Assembly: GCA_951406725.2 (NCBI GenBank)
Contig: OX597824.1
Location: forward strand, 59,520,001-59,584,000
Source: Octopus vulgaris
Taxonomy: Eukaryota
Reading direction: 5' to 3'
DNA: 64,000 nt
In this document: positions 26,818 to 41,423 of the stretch, piece after piece
How positions within the stretch are numbered: position 1 is the first letter of the stretch
Layout: each line of letters begins with the position of its first letter
Translations under genes and position numbers: made by a program
Notes under the pieces: model-generated
The model's input: the letters and a program-made list of their open reading frames with translations, nothing else
What the model was told of the DNA's origin: nothing
Database searches by the model: none

Positions 26818-27014
26818 TAGCCAACAGAAGAAAGAGTGAGAGAAAGTTGTGGCGAGAGAGTACAGCAGGGATCGCCACCACCCACTGCCAGAGACACGCG
26901 GAGCTTTTAGGTGTTTTCGCTCAATAAACACTCACAACGCCCGGTCTGGGAATCGAAACCGCGATCCTCCGACCGAGAGTCCGCTGCCCTAACCACTGGG
27001 CCATTGCGCCTCCA
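26818..27014 (-). mobile_element. tRNA-derived SINE (third family)
   Basis: Minus strand GGAGGCGCAATGGCCCAGTGGTTAGGGCAGCGGACTC...GGTTTCGATTCCC: clear A and B boxes, non-tRNA 3' body. Confidence 0.85.
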
Positions 27015-29709
27015 CATATAAATGTATACATTAGAAATATATATATATATAAATATGTGTAACTATGTTAAGAATATATTAAGAATGTACAAAAATAAAT
27101 AGTCCTATTACTTTTAAAAATCAATATTAAAATATATAAAATATTGTAAATCCATAAAATTTATAATTCGTTTAAAATCCGAGTGTACACTTACAGGAAA
27201 TAAATGAGATATTTGTACATAACCACAGGAGAGTAAACGCAAAGCCATAACTACATATAAATACCACAGATACATCCAACATCGAATTTCGTAGCTTACC
27301 TCAGCACATGCGTGCTCTGCTGACAAAGGAAGGCCATTGGGCAAATCCAGAAATTGATCAACCCAGAGCTATCTATATTGTTATGAATATCAGTTAGCTT
27401 GCTTCCTCGATTTCAACACGTGTGTAACTTTGTGATGATCTTTCAAGTGGCTAGAATTTTTCTATGCTTTTAATTATAATTATAATTATAATTACATACA
27501 TACACACACACACACATAAATATTCACGCATACATGCATACATGCATACATACATACATACATACATACATACATACATACATACATACATACATACATA
27601 CATACATACATAAATACATACATATATGCACTCACAAGATGCAAGAGCAATTTTTTTTTGCGCGCGTGTGTGTTTGTGTGTGCGTGCATGCGTGCGTGAT
27701 TGAGTTAAACATTTAACTATATTTCGTCTTGATGTTTCTTTCGAAAGGAAATAATCTCGGGATCCATGAATCATTCCGCGTTTCCAGTTTTAATCAAGTA
27801 TTTGTCAGAAATAATTGACTGCTAACCTCTAAGCGAATATACGAATTGTTCGAAAGGGCACTCAAAATTTGTCTATAGTCACAATCTTACTGTCTTAAAA
27901 AGTAAGTGCATAGTATGTAGAATTAGAGAAGCAGTAGGTAATGGATAGGCTTAGTTCAAACATATTTAATCATAAGTACTATCAATTAGAGCTATTATCC
28001 GACTAAGCAAATGCAATATCAAATACATTATTGTAGTGTGCTTGTTGATTCGATAGTTTTGAGCCGCCCATTGCAATGTTTAAGTTTGTCTTATCAAAAT
28101 TAAAGAGACGAGGACATTTCTATGTTCACCAGGCTATCAGAAAAGAAATTAAATTTCCGGTTTAGATTGAAACATTTAATTTCTTAATGAAAATCATTCG
28201 ACTTCCATTACATCACTCGTTGGAGGAAGACATGTTACGTAATCACAAATCCATGAAAGACTACGACAAGATCGAATTGACTATACAATAACTTTTGAGC
28301 CAAAATGTTCCTGTTGCATCAATGGAAAACATCGTTTCCACACAATATGATCTTACTGTACCGTTTATTTCTTTTAAAACAAAGTTTTCAGATGTGACGT
28401 GAGGGAGATTTGGCAACAATTCTCGGCAGGTCATTGGGGTTTTCTGTAGAACGGTTATATTCCACTCTGTGTCCTTTCTACTTACTATTTGGAACATTTG
28501 AAGAAGAGTGATGTGACCATGACTAACGTCAGTCAGTAATATTGCGCGGATAAAGATATAAAGCTAAACGCTCCCTATCCATAGATAGTATTTACGTTTA
28601 TCTCTTTATCCACATAAATCCATGAAACCAAGGATAAGTTGTATAGAACCATAAGAGGCAGTTACAATAAATTAGTTGATAAACATTAGGATATGTGAAC
28701 GAAATAGAAAAAAAGCAAACATAAAAAGATTTAACAAAATTTTATGGGTCATTGAATCACCAATGAAGACTAGCCGTAGCTTTATGATGAAAGGAAAGAC
28801 TGTTTAATGGAATATTTTTATTCAAAAAATACTATTGCCTTTACAGTTATTTCCAGGAACCATTAGACTTGCTTTAATGCATATGTCTTGATATCCTGTA
28901 CTTATGTACTATAAAATACAACGGTTAACAGCTGAGAAAAAGGGTTACGAAACTCATAATCTTTTTGTGCTAAATCATAAATTCAATGGCAGATTAAATC
29001 GCTTACTCCAAGCTTTCCAACCTCATTTACCCAAACTCCATCCAATCATGTTTTAATCATACACCAACATACTCATATTCATTAAGTTTTATTAGCATTT
29101 GCAAACATTCTAATATTATTTGTTTCTGTTCCATTCAGGTCTATGTCAATATTTGCATCAGTTCATATACTATTTATTGTCGTTCACACATCCACAAACA
29201 AAACACTCTCACACACACATACACACACACACTAAAATACTCACACACACACACACACAGACCCACACACATACAAACACACAATCACAAATGCACAAAT
29301 ACCAGATCAAATTATGCAGTTTCGCACAATTGGACATGAGAAATATTAAAATATATATCAGCTGTAGTTGGCACATCCACTGAATTATAAGCATTTATGA
29401 AATTAAAAGTTTGGAAAGGCAGTCCAAGTGTAGAGACAGTTTAGAAGAGAGTTTCAAACAGATCCACCTACCAACTTTACTATTGCTAGAATTAGAGATA
29501 AGTAGATGGTCCTGTTCAGAATGACCACAACCAACTTTCCGGAAGATAGCGGGCATCTTCCGGAAAGAATGGAAGTGTATTAGAAATGTGTTGCCTGACT
29601 TCAAGAAAATCTGTGTGGTAAGGAGTCATGAGGAAAGCATTTTCAGATGAAGCATCTTTCGCGTTTTGAAGCCTGTCATTGGAAAAGTTAGATTTCTTGA
29701 TTGGTATAC

Positions 29710-30065
29710 ACTTAATGAAGATGGAACGAATTAAAAAGTGGGGTTTGGTGAGAGATACTTAGCAAGATGTGCATAAAATGCACACTTTTCCATAAAGATT
29801 GTTTAGAGTGAAGCTACATTTAAATTAAATGACTCAATTAACCGCCACAATTGCACATACTAGGAACATGAAGAATCCGCATATTACGGAGGTTTGTCAT
29901 GTTCATTTACCAGGAGTTAGAATATAGTGAGTCTTATCCTCAAAAGGATTAATGGAATCCTTTATTGACGGTACAATGAACAACTCCAATTACTTGGACT
30001 TTGAAGATGTGGTGTTTTATTTCCAGCAAATTGAGGCACATCCACACTGTAATGGTAATGTACGA
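29710..30065 (+). mobile_element. Tc1/mariner transposase relic
   Basis: Broken frames give SEATFKLN..INRHNC.Y, LPGV, DGTMN..NYL and FYFQQ.EAHPH (FQQDGAP.H equivalent). Confidence 0.65.
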
Positions 30066-30527
30066 GTATGTATGTATATGTGTGTGTGTGTGTGTGCAGG
30101 CGTATATATATATATTTGTGTGTGTGTGTGTGTGTGTGCAGGCGTATATATATATATTTGTGTGTGTGTGTGTGTGTGTGTGTATAAACGTATATATTTG
30201 TATAGGTGAATTCGTGTATGAGTAAATTCGTGTATATGTGTATAAATCCTTTCTTCTTTATATTTGTGCATATGTGCGTATATATATAATTGGATTTTGT
30301 TAAGTCCATCGTTTCTATTATGACTATTATCAACTTTCAGATTATCAACGTATTCACTGTCAGTGGTGGTATCCCGGTGATTGCATTATTAATTTCATTG
30401 TAATTATTGGAACAGGCTTGACTATTTTCTTCCTTATTATTAATCTTTGTCAGATAAATTATCCCTGACTATGCCCTCCACTAACTCATTATTTTCTGGT
30501 TTAATTTCTTATTATTAATTTTATGTA

Positions 30528-30725
30528 CAGTAATCCCTCGACTATCACGTGTGTTACGTTTCAAAAGCCTCCGCGATAGGTGAAAATTCACAAAGTAGAA
30601 ACAGTACTGTCCTTTTTTTTTTAATCATCTTTATAATTTGCATATATTTATTTTATTATAAATGCAAAACATCACGGAGGAATCAACGTAAGCTTAAATA
30701 ATAAACCGCGATAGGTGAACGCTAC
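30528..30725 (+). mobile_element. Tigger/pogo-like MITE fragment
   Basis: TA|CAGTAATCCCTCG terminus and repeated CCGCGATAGGTGAA; same terminus at 42962. Confidence 0.65.
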
Positions 30726-32711
30726 ACTAACTAAAAATCTGTTGTTTTAGAAATAAGTAAAACGACTAGTAGAAATTGAGATACTTCTTTGACAATTCAC
30801 CTGAGGAGAAGCACCTGTACGTAAAATGCATAACAATTGATTTACAGCATCTCACCTCTAAGGTACGGGTGCATGATGAGTTGAAACGATTGTAGTGGCT
30901 TTTTAGAAAAGTCTCGTGAATTCCATTTTCTATCTTTCATCTCTTTATACACACACATATATATACACAAACACACATATACATAGATGTGCCTATCTGT
31001 GTGTATGTGTGTGCGCGCACCTGTGTCGTAGAAGTGAAGGAGGGAGTACATATGAATTAGTGAAAGGGAGAGAGAAAGAAATGGAGAACGAAAACCAGTT
31101 TCTTGTGACAATCTGACGACGTTTCTGTACCTCGCCCCATCACAACTACTCAACTACTATTAGAGTACAACTTTCAGTCCCTTTATTCAGAATTTGACCA
31201 TGGGATAGCCAACTGTAGAGGGTCCTACACGGGGGAAAATATTTAAATACGTACACTGTATGTTCCATACCTTTATAGAGTGTATTCAATGATTCCTGGT
31301 GTTGACCCCACAGATGATTACTGTATGTTTAATACTATCTCGCCAGATGATTAGAAATAACCTTATGGCTGTAAAATATGTTAGACTTCCAGAGTATTAA
31401 TGAGTTGGCTGAACCCATACAGGAGAGTGGACACAAACGGTGCAGTGGATGGGAACTTTATTATGAAGTTTGAAATGACAGACTAGAACCTTCCAAATGT
31501 TACAGATGACAGTTTAAGACCGCCTCGAATCTCTTCATCTTGAGTGCAGTCGTTAGAAATGGTACTTCATAAATATCTGAATAGGGAGGGTTAGGATTAG
31601 TTATTGTTCTTGTAGAAAGAAAGTGCTTAGGAGAGAAGATGACCTCAATTTTTTTTTTTTTTTTTTGTGGATGGGGACGTTGACTGTCCGACACATTCTG
31701 TTATAAGCAACGTTGACTGCTAAGAAAATTATCTGTTGTGCATCCTATATGTGTGAGCTATTACAACTCTCATCAATAAACTATTGATCATTGACTGTTG
31801 ACTCTACTGAGTTCATTCGTCATTTAACAGGTTTGTTTTTCGTCCTGCAGAGTTTCTAAAGAAAACCATGTTATTAACCAGGGTTGCTGATTTGTTGCTG
31901 TCGGTCCGACTGCGCAAAAGGTTGCACTGGGTTACATGTTACCTGTAGCACTAAGACATTCATACACACATACATATAAAGAAAGACAACGGCTGAGAGA
32001 GAGAAGAGAAGGAAGGAAGAAAATAAAGAAAGAAAGAAAGAAATAAAGAAAGAAAGAGAGAGAGAAAGAAAGAAAGAAAAAGAGAAAGAAAGCACGGTGT
32101 GAGAGAGAGAGAGAGAGAGAGGGAGAGAGAGGGAGAGAGTTCTAATAATAGGCTTGCTGTAAAGTCATAAGGATAGCAGTATCAATCTGGACGTTGACTT
32201 ATTTTTCCATAAACTGACCGACAAAAAAAACTTCAGAGGCAAACGTTGACATAAGATTAGTTAAGAACTAATATGTCACTGGAAAATTATGATTTAGACG
32301 GAATTTTTATTGATTTGAAAATGTGTGACAAATTGCAAATTTGTCAAACATCATTCATATCTTTTATTCGTTTGAGTCATTAAAGTGCGGCCGTGCAGGG
32401 GCACCGCATTGAATGTAGTTTAGTGAAATAAATCGAACCCAGATCTTATTTTTCAAGTTTGATATTTATGCTGTCGGCGACTTTTGACGAACCAGTAAGT
32501 TACGGAGACTGACTACCTATTCATGGGTAGTATTTATCTGTATCTCTTTATCCACGTAAATCGATGAAACCAGATACAAGTTACAGAGAGCAATAGGTGA
32601 GAGAAACAGTAGATAACATTGAAGTATTATGAACGATATGGGGAGATTCATAAACATTAATGAACCGTCAAATCACCAACGAAAGTTAGGTCTTTTTGAC
32701 GGAATTTATAT

Positions 32712-32970
32712 ACTCTTTTACTCTTTTTCTTGTTTCAGTCATTTGACTGTGGCCATGCTGGTGCTCTGCCTTTAGTCGAGCAAATCGACCCAATGACTTA
32801 TTCTGTGTAAACCTAGTACTTATTCTATCGGTCTCTTTTGCCGAACCGCTAGGTTACGGTGACGTAAACACACCAGCATCGGTTGTCAAGCGATGTTGGG
32901 GGAACAAACATATACGCACACTCACACATATATATATACATATATACTTACCACACAGCCACTCCTACGC
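32712..32970 (-). mobile_element. SINE (family of 5690-6097), internally deleted
   Basis: TACTCTTTTACTC tail, GGCCATGCTGG and GTTGTCAAGCG blocks. Confidence 0.8.
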
Positions 32971-33706
32971 CTATATATACAAAATCTTTTAATCCTTTCA
33001 CAGTTACTTTTAGATACACTATATTAATTGCAGATAAACTGATCGAGTTGTAGCCCCATTCAAATTTAAGTTATTTAATGAACTGAGGAATTAGAATCCC
33101 TTTGGACGCTCCTTGACGCTCCAATGTCTTGTCCCTGTGTGATATAAATCACAAAATTTTAAAGCTACGAAAATAAAGTCACCATACTCACGTGACATGC
33201 TCCTATCATGTGTCCACGTGGATTTTTCTTCAGAATAAATTACTCACTCCATTCTTACCCTCCTTGCTTACTTCAACCTGCATTCATTCACGTTTTAATC
33301 ATATACATTTGCATGCACTTACCCCATGTTCCATTCTCTTCCTCCAACCATCTTCTAAAGTCTCTTTATCTTCAGGTCAATATAAATATTTGTATCACTC
33401 TATTTGTCACTCAAACGTTAACTTAATCACCTTCCTATCTATTCTCTTTGTTCTTCATCACTTATATTCCCATTAAAGGTAGCGTAAGTGAGAGAGAGAG
33501 CGAAAAAGATAGAGAATGACCCCGTGCATTCTCACACATTTCCCTTTCATTATGGCCTTTCACAGTTCAAGAATGCGCAGATTATAGTCATTCAACTTTA
33601 TTTGTCACTCCATCTATCTGTGTGAAAAACTATATATCTGTTGATATGTATATACACCTGTGCACAAATATTTACCTATAAATACATATATGCAAACATA
33701 AATATA

Positions 33707-33747
<41 letters not shown>

Positions 33748-34086
33748 ATACATATAAACAAACATATATATAAATAAACACATACATATGTACGTACGTG
33801 CGTACGCCCAGTGTTCGGGCTAAATTTGACATTTTGCATAAAAGGGAAAGAAAACAATATCTCAACCTACTGAAGACGCAGCGCCAGATATAGACTGAAA
33901 TTATTTTATTTCAATCTGTATTTAAGTCTGCAGAAACCTTGCAGGGTCTACGATTAAGGTAAAAGTTTTTATTTTTCAATCACTTTCGGAATTACAATTA
34001 GTGGCTTGGAGTTTTAACTGCTCTTTCTAGTGAATCAGATATCCTATTCTTTGGGTATCTCTTTTGTGTTTGAATGTACACTGTAT

Positions 34087-34210
<124 letters not shown>

Positions 34211-34214
34211 TAAA

Positions 34215-34835
34215 GAAAAAGAAAGATTCTAAAAAAGTTATATACATACATGTAAAACCCCGCAAGATTCTATCATTAAATTCATATCTCCACAGAAATA
34301 GTGAATTTGACAGTTTCTACCTAAGAGATGAAGGAGATAGAGGCTTGAGATCAATGCAGTCTTCGAATGTCGTTCAGTATCTCTGAGAGAGTACTGGATA
34401 AACACCAACAACAAAAATAAATACATTAATTTAATGCTGAAAAGTGAAGCAAATAATATCCTCAGGAAACACTCTCTTCCTGATGACCTCCCATGCAACC
34501 CCCAAAATGCCGAACTGACATACTTCAAAAAAGACCTGGATGTGAACCGCTCAGCATACCAAAAATAAAGAGACCACGCATGAGCTTGTTTCTCGAAGAC
34601 TTGAAAAAGATAGTAAAACGACATGAAACGAATCCTCTCTTGTACTCGTGACCTCTACACCACATCATACCTCGAAGGCATTTGCAATCAAAAATTAGAA
34701 GATTGCTACGAAATAACTAATAAACAAAAGAGATCTGAAGCCCTTGAAGCTCCGGATGCAACTGAAAATGTAGATCATGTCATATTTCTGTGGAAGATAT
34801 CACACGTAATTAGCAGCTGCCAAAATATGTCAAGA
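34215..34835 (+). mobile_element. Old RLE LINE fragment related to 2345-3370
   Basis: RKILSLNSYLHRNSEFDSFYLRDEGDRGL matches the Dong-type H..SD.DRLY..R..GGRGL motif; HVISSC follows. Confidence 0.65.
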
Positions 34836-34985
34836 TAATTGCATAGACAAACAGGCAGAAAGAGAGACGAACGAGCGGACGGACGGACTGACTGACAGAC
34901 AGACAAACAGTCAAACAGGCAGACAGACAGATAGACGGACAGATAAACAGACAACGGCAAATAGAAATAGATAGATAGCTAGATG

Positions 34986-35031
<46 letters not shown>

Positions 35032-35033
<2 letters not shown>

Positions 35034-37285
35034 TGTTTCTTTATTAGCCACACAGGGCTGCACACAGATAGAACAAATTACAAGGTAGAGCTTTTCTTTT
35101 GAAGGTTTAAAAGAATAAAAAAAAAAAAATAATAATAATAATAAAATAAAAAATAAAATAAAATAAAAAAGGGGGGGTCGATCAAAAGGGATCGTAAAAG
35201 GAGAGAAAGAGGACAAAAAAAGGGGGGTTAAAAAAAAAAAAGGGGGGAGGAAAAAAATTGATCAATAGGGATCGTTATCACAGAAATGTCAATATGAAGT
35301 GTAAAGGGGAGGACAGGTGAGGTTTACCCGTGGAAAGAAAAGCCTACGGAAAAGACCACGGTAACCTCGGTCAATGAAGTCACATGTTATATTTCTTTTT
35401 TTTTTTTTTTTGCAAATAAGCAACTCTCTGTATTAATTTTTACGTTTCATAGAATCATAGTCAAGGTGGCTTCGTCATTCATACGTGCCATCCTTGCTAC
35501 ATTCACCCATCTTTTTTTAAAACATTCACTAGACAAAACTTGCCTCTCTACTCACTTTTTCTTCAAGTGATACTTGAAGAAGTTGATGAGAGATTGACCA
35601 GAGAGGAAAGTGTTTGTCTCTAATCCTTTCAGACGCGTCCACCAGATACATTCTTTCGCCATAGCCACAAGTATGATAAAAATAGCTCTTCCTTCCCGTT
35701 TGAAGGAAGGAGGCGTGACGATATTAACGATAGACTCGGCGGATAAACCGACACGTCCCACACGTGACAGCAGTCGTTCGACATAAGCCCACAGGTGGGA
35801 AATTGCTGGACACTGCACGATTGCGTGCAGAGCGGTTTCGTCGCTCTGCCCGCATCTCGGGCAGGTCGGCCCCGTGTTTCTCGAGCCATGCCTATAGAGC
35901 TTATCCCGAACGGGTAGCGCTTCTCGGTAGCACCGCCAGGCCAGGGATCTCTGGAAGTTGTCCATAGGTCCCGGGCCGAAAGTCGTTTGAAACAGGCGGG
36001 TCAGGTATTCCTCGTCGACGCCCAGGTTTGCCCCGAGCTCGTCGTCGTACCTCCCCTCCACTAATCCCCTATAGAATGCTTTGGTTGTGTTGAAGTCACT
36101 CAAGGTCGACCCGGGACGGCAGAGTTGCTTGAGAGCAACGCGATACTCGCGGTGCCATTCGCCCTTCTTCGGCCTCTTTTTGATCCACGACTGTAGTTCG
36201 GTCATGGAGACGAGTTGCGGGAATGCGTGCCTCACAAACGGCGACCACACCTGTTCACCGTCGTCTACATAGAGCCAGAGATGTCGCAGTCTCAGCGCGT
36301 GTCTGCGCATCATCAACCACGGCATGCCCAGCCCTCTTTTTAACGGGTGTTGACAGCAAATGGATCGCCTGACCATCGGGACGCATCCTTTCCACAAGAA
36401 GCGAAAGAGGATGCGTTGTAGTTTGGTGATGGTAGGGTCGGGACAAGGTACGACGGTCAGGCGGTAGTAGATGACGGACGCGATGTACGTATTCGCCACC
36501 TCCGCTCGACCTTTTAGGGACAGTTTCCTCTCGGCCCATTGCCGGGCGAGAGTGACCACCCTACTCGTTATCTCGTTCCAGTTCTTCTCCACTTGGAGGT
36601 CCGGACCAAACCAGACCCCGAGCAACTCAACCGGGCCGTCGGTCCAGCGTCCCACGACGGAGGCGCTGGTGGACGGCATGGGCTTGCTTCTCCAGGTGCC
36701 TAGTCGCAAGCCCACTGACTTTTCCCGGTTGATTTTCGCTCCTGTCACCGCTTCGTAGTTTTTCAGTGTCTCGCCGACCAGCTCGATGTGCTCGTGGCTA
36801 GACACTATGACGGTGACGTCGTCCGCGTATGCAGACACGCTCGTCCCGCATCCCAATTCTCGCGGGATGCCCCTTAGAGTCGCCAGCTTCCGCAGTAGTG
36901 GCTCAAGAGTCAATACGTATAGAAGCGCCGAGAGGGGGCATCCCTGACGGACCGAACGTGCAATGTCGAAAGGTCTCGATAGATGTCCATTTACGCGAAT
37001 TACCGAACGGATGCCTCTGTACAAGGCAGCTATCCAGCCGCGGAAGACGGGACCGAAACCAGCCGCTCTCAGGACTGCCTCCAAGTATCGATGGTCTACC
37101 CTATCAAAGGCTTTCGATTGATCCAAGTTGATCAGGGCCCCACCCATGCCAGGTTCGTTAACTACCCTGTCTATGATGTAGCGCATCAGATGGAGGTTGT
37201 CATGGATGGTCCGGCCTGGCACGGCGCATGTTTGCGCCTTGTCGACCAGTTTCTCGATGACAAGCGCCAACCTCTTGGCTAACAT
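35032..37285 (-). mobile_element. Young 5'-truncated Tx1-like (L1 clade) LINE with 3' UTR, embedded in (GATA)n
   Basis: Open frame about 37285-35552: [38 protein letters not shown]; AATAAA immediately before the (TATC)n tail; GC-rich. Confidence 0.92.
35552..37285 (-). CDS. Tx1-like ORF2, reverse transcriptase plus CCHC (truncated)
   Basis: The 643-aa ORF in the track; its first ~65 aa are microsatellite-derived, the rest is RT to zinc knuckle without internal stops. Confidence 0.85.
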   Translation of the reverse strand: MLAKRLALVIEKLVDKAQTCAVPGRTIHDNLHLMRYIIDRVVNEPGMGGALINLDQSKAFDRVDHRYLEAVLRAAGFGPVFRGWIAALYRGIRSVIRVNGHLSRPFDIARSVRQGCPLSALLYVLTLEPLLRKLATLRGIPRELGCGTSVSAYADDVTVIVSSHEHIELVGETLKNYEAVTGAKINREKSVGLRLGTWRSKPMPSTSASVVGRWTDGPVELLGVWFGPDLQVEKNWNEITSRVVTLARQWAERKLSLKGRAEVANTYIASVIYYRLTVVPCPDPTITKLQRILFRFLWKGCVPMVRRSICCQHPLKRGLGMPWLMMRRHALRLRHLWLYVDDGEQVWSPFVRHAFPQLVSMTELQSWIKKRPKKGEWHREYRVALKQLCRPGSTLSDFNTTKAFYRGLVEGRYDDELGANLGVDEEYLTRLFQTTFGPGPMDNFQRSLAWRCYREALPVRDKLYRHGSRNTGPTCPRCGQSDETALHAIVQCPAISHLWAYVERLLSRVGRVGLSAESIVNIVTPPSFKREGRAIFIILVAMAKECIWWTRLKGLETNTFLSGQSLINFFKYHLKKK

Positions 37286-37292
37286 AGGTAGG

Positions 37293-37368
<76 letters not shown>

Positions 37369-37369
37369 C

Positions 37370-37452
<83 letters not shown>

Positions 37453-37461
37453 CAGACAGGG

Positions 37462-39385
37462 AAGAATTCACAAAATGGAACAAAAGACGAAGACAGATGG
37501 TGTAGACAACAAACAGATGTATTAGTTTAACGCTCGGGAAGTGAAAAAGACTTTAACCTTTCTAGCCTACGCTCTTCCACAGAAAGTAACGCAAAGAAAC
37601 AAGGAGAGAAAATAAAGACTATGTAGCGGCTAGCGATCTAACATGGTGAATGCCGGATAGAGGGGTTACACAGGAGAGCTAGGAAGAAGGGGAGATAATA
37701 AAGTAGTGGTGATCCCAAAACGAAAGCGCACGTGCGTGTGTATAAGAGAGCATGTATGTGCGTGTGGAAGAGAGCGGGTGACCTTGGCGTGTGTGCATGT
37801 GTAGGTGTGTGGCTGATGGTGAAGGTCCTGGGAAGTGGTCAGTGCTAGTATGTGCGTGGTGGTGTGTGAGGTAGTGCGTGGTGTGTTGTTATGGTGATGT
37901 GTAGTGTGGTGGTATGTGGTGTGGTGTGGTGGTGTGTGGTGTGGTGGTGTTTAGTGTGGTGTGGTAGTGTGTGGTGTGTTGTTATGGTGATGTGTAGTGT
38001 GGTGGTATGTGGTGTGGTGGTGTTTAGTGTGGTGTGGTAGTGTGTGGTGTGGTGTGGTGTGGTGGCGTTGGGATGTGGGGTGAGAGTGGGGTCTGGGTTA
38101 GGCTGAGGGTCGGAGTAGAGGTGGGGTATGTGGGAGTAGGTGTAAGGGATGGGGTGGGGTGGGATGAGATGGATAGGGAATGTCGGGTTAGATTGTGTAG
38201 AGGTGGTTACGAGGGAGGGGTGACAATGAAGGGAGAGGGGGAAGGGAGAAGGGGGTAGGAGTGAAGAGAAGAGAGAAGGAGGGTAGGAGCGAAGAGAAAA
38301 AGTTGGAGTCCGAGCAAGAGAGGAGAGGTGGCTGGGAGGAAGTAGGTGTGAGAGGAAGAGAGGAGACGGGAAGAGGGTTAGGTGAAGAGGGGGAGAGTTG
38401 AGCCCATGTGACGCAAAGGAGCGAAGAGAGAAGATTAATCCCTGTTCACGGCTAAGACGGGATCCGGATGGCCCCTGTGCAAGGATAATCCGAACACAGA
38501 CAGGTGTTGCAAAATGTGACCGGTAGAGCGGAAATGGCGCGAGACCGGGGTAGAAGAGCAGAGAGAGCAAGAGATGCAGTAGATGACATTGCTAGAAGTG
38601 TGGGTGAAGGAATCGGTGTTATGATAGTGTCGATGATGGGTGCAGTTGAGGAGGGTGGTGATGGAGAGGTAAGCAAGTGTGACAGCGTGGGAGGAAGCAG
38701 GGGAACGAGCCAGGTTGGGAGGTTCTGTTAGGGAAGAAGCTGTGGACCAAGAGGTCTCGTAGGTTGTGGGCTCGCTTGAAGGAGGGGAGGGTCGGTTAGG
38801 GAAAATGTGCAAAGTGGAGGGGTCGGACTGAAGTCGGCGGAAGGCTCAGAGAATGGTGTGTTTGAGAGGTAGGGTAGGGTGGTAGGTGAGGGAAAACGAG
38901 GACGGGAGACGGTGGGGCAGGTGCGGAGGGAGAGAGCAGATGCACGGTCGATGGAACGTGCTCTGGCAAGGGCGGTGTGGATAGTGGTCAAGGGATATCC
39001 ATGTAGGATGAAGTGGCGAGTCATGAGTTGAGACTGAGTCTCAAATTCATGGTCGTCACTGCAGAACCTGCGCAGACGGAGGAATTAGGAATAGGGGATG
39101 GAGAGCTTGGTTTGTTTAGAGTGCGAGGATGAGAAGTTGAGGTATGAGTGTGAGTCTGTGTGTTTGTAGTGGATGGAGGTGGTGAGAGTGGAGTAATGAA
39201 TGCTGACCGAAATGTCAAGAAAGGAGATAGAAGTATCAGGGATAGTGCAGGAGAAGGTGAGAGCAGGATGGAAAGATTTGACAAAAGATAGGAACGAGTC
39301 TAGATGTTCGCGGGAGAGTGAGGACACACCGATACAGTCGTCGATATAACGGCTGTATAGTTCGGGAGTGGGACCAGTGAAACTT
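37462..39385 (-). mobile_element. Second Penelope-like copy (same family as 22140-24985), 5'-truncated, between (GATA)n arrays
   Basis: Minus-strand frames repeat SFHPAL.FLDISV, HYKHTDSHSYL and NVIYCISCSLC (internally deleted GIY-YIG); pLTR with a degenerate hammerhead at 37550-37587. Confidence 0.9.
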
Positions 39386-39386
39386 G

Positions 39387-39461
<75 letters not shown>

Positions 39462-41218
39462 AAAAAGAGAGAGACTAATTGACTGCTTGAAAGATAAGGT
39501 TCAATGACTAATGCACACATTTTTATTGGTGTCTTATCTTGAAACGTGAAAGGACATAATGAACGGGAAATATTTGAGTTTGCATAAGGTCATTCTCTCT
39601 CTCCCTCTCTCACACAGACTATCTTGATTGGCGTTATAAGAGAATGAAGAATAAAAAACATAAATAGGAAAGTGAATGGGCTGATACAAATATCTATATT
39701 AACCTGAAGATAAAGGACTAAAGATAAAGAGATATTAGCAGTTTGATCTGTGGAAGAAAAGTGGATATGAGGTAAGTGAATGTGATTGTATATGATTAAA
39801 ACATGATTAAGTAGAGACTGGAGTAAGTATGGAGATATTAATGTTGATATAAATTCATGAGGACAGGTGAAAAGAGCATGACACGTATATCTGGTGACCT
39901 TATTTTCATAGCCTTAAACTCTTGTGATTATAGCATACTGGGTTGAGACATTGGAGCGTTAAGTGGAGTTTCAATAGATTCTATGTCGTCAGTTCTTGAA
40001 ATAGCTTCAAATAGATTTTAATGGTGCTACATCTCTCTCAGTTTATATATAGAAAGGCATATTTTTGCCTCTCTAGACACTTCACCTGTTACGTTAGTTT
40101 AGAGGCTATGTTCTAGTATCTTTAAGTTTGCATACTTTAGTGACTCTTTGTTGACTTCCAAAGGTATCATGTAGGAACGTAGCCTCTAAACTAACATTAA
40201 TTATGCCTTTCTTCACCTTAACACTTGTGTGCAGATATTGATGTTCATATAATTTTAGATATGTAACCTTACCATGCAGCTGTACATAAATAATAATAAT
40301 ATATGCCAATTACTTATTGCTCGAAAAATGAACTCGATGCAGGAATGTGTATGTGTGCAACTACCTGTGTGCGTATTGGTGTGTGTAGATATACGTATAC
40401 ATGTGTGTCTGCGTGTGTGGAGAGAGTGTGCGGGGTATTACGTCGTATGCGTATGCGCATATATATGGATCTCACATGCATGTGTGTGCGTGAATATATA
40501 TATATGTATATGCGGATATATATATATGCGTGTGTGTATGTGTGTGTGTGTGTACACCTGTGTGTGAGGGTGCGTGCATGTGTGCATATAAAATAGATGT
40601 ATATATGTAACTGGGTACGTATGCATATCTACAAAGTGCGGCAGAAAATCTACTCCGATTTCAAAGGTTAATAAAAAACAACCACATGAAGATCCAAGAA
40701 AACACTCTGTATTTCTAACAAATGCACGATGCACCCCATTTCACACCATGGTGACTATGATGACAGATTTATGGTGAGATTGTCTTCGAGCCATAAATTA
40801 TACGAACTACAGCTGAAATTGACCATATGGACAGGTGGGGCAACGACCCCTGTGTGCGTGTATTTACGAGCGGGGTGAGGTGTGAAAGTATGTATACGCA
40901 TCTCTGACCAAAGCTAGCTAGCTAGCTAAAAAATCTTTCATCCCCTGCACATTCTAGCCGGTATATATCTCTCCCTTCTTTTTCTAATGCTATTCCTTTG
41001 TCTTAAACCTTGTGTAACTCAATCCATCCCTATCTATCCACTCACTTCCCCGACAGTCATCTTTTTTTATTAACAGTTATTTGCCTATTTCACAAATGTT
41101 TCCAATTCTTATTATAGAAAGATAATAGTAATTGAAAATTGTAGCAATGTTTCATTCCTTAACCAACATGACAGCCAAAACTCAAGATATTTAGCGAGAA
41201 ACAACTTTGTGTGTGGAT

Positions 41219-41310
41219 GTACCTGATGAGAACCAGACTGCAAGATGGATGAAGTACATGCTGAACGGAGTCCCACCCATAAGAAGGGTGGATCGAAACG
41301 ACAATTGTAC
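41219..41310 (+). ncRNA. Degenerate hammerhead-like motif with long stem II (probable Penelope-type terminal relic)
   Basis: GTAC-CTGATGA-GAACC...GGATC-GAAA-CGACAATT-GTAC; stem III imperfect. Confidence 0.4.
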
Positions 41311-41358
41311 GAAATAAACATGAATACCAAATCCATCATCTGGTTACTCAAGAAATTA

Positions 41359-41423
<65 letters not shown>

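Noticed and set aside
26935-27014. tRNA-like sequence
   Set aside because: A and B boxes continue into a SINE body without a closing acceptor stem; it is a SINE head, not a tRNA gene.
29535-29567. 13-bp perfect hairpin CTTTCCGGAAGAT/ATCTTCCGGAAAG
   Set aside because: Isolated, with no context supporting a function.
31500-31600. YEVPFLTTALKMKRFEAVL, reminiscent of piggyBac transposase
   Set aside because: Too short, with no supporting motifs or TTAA termini.
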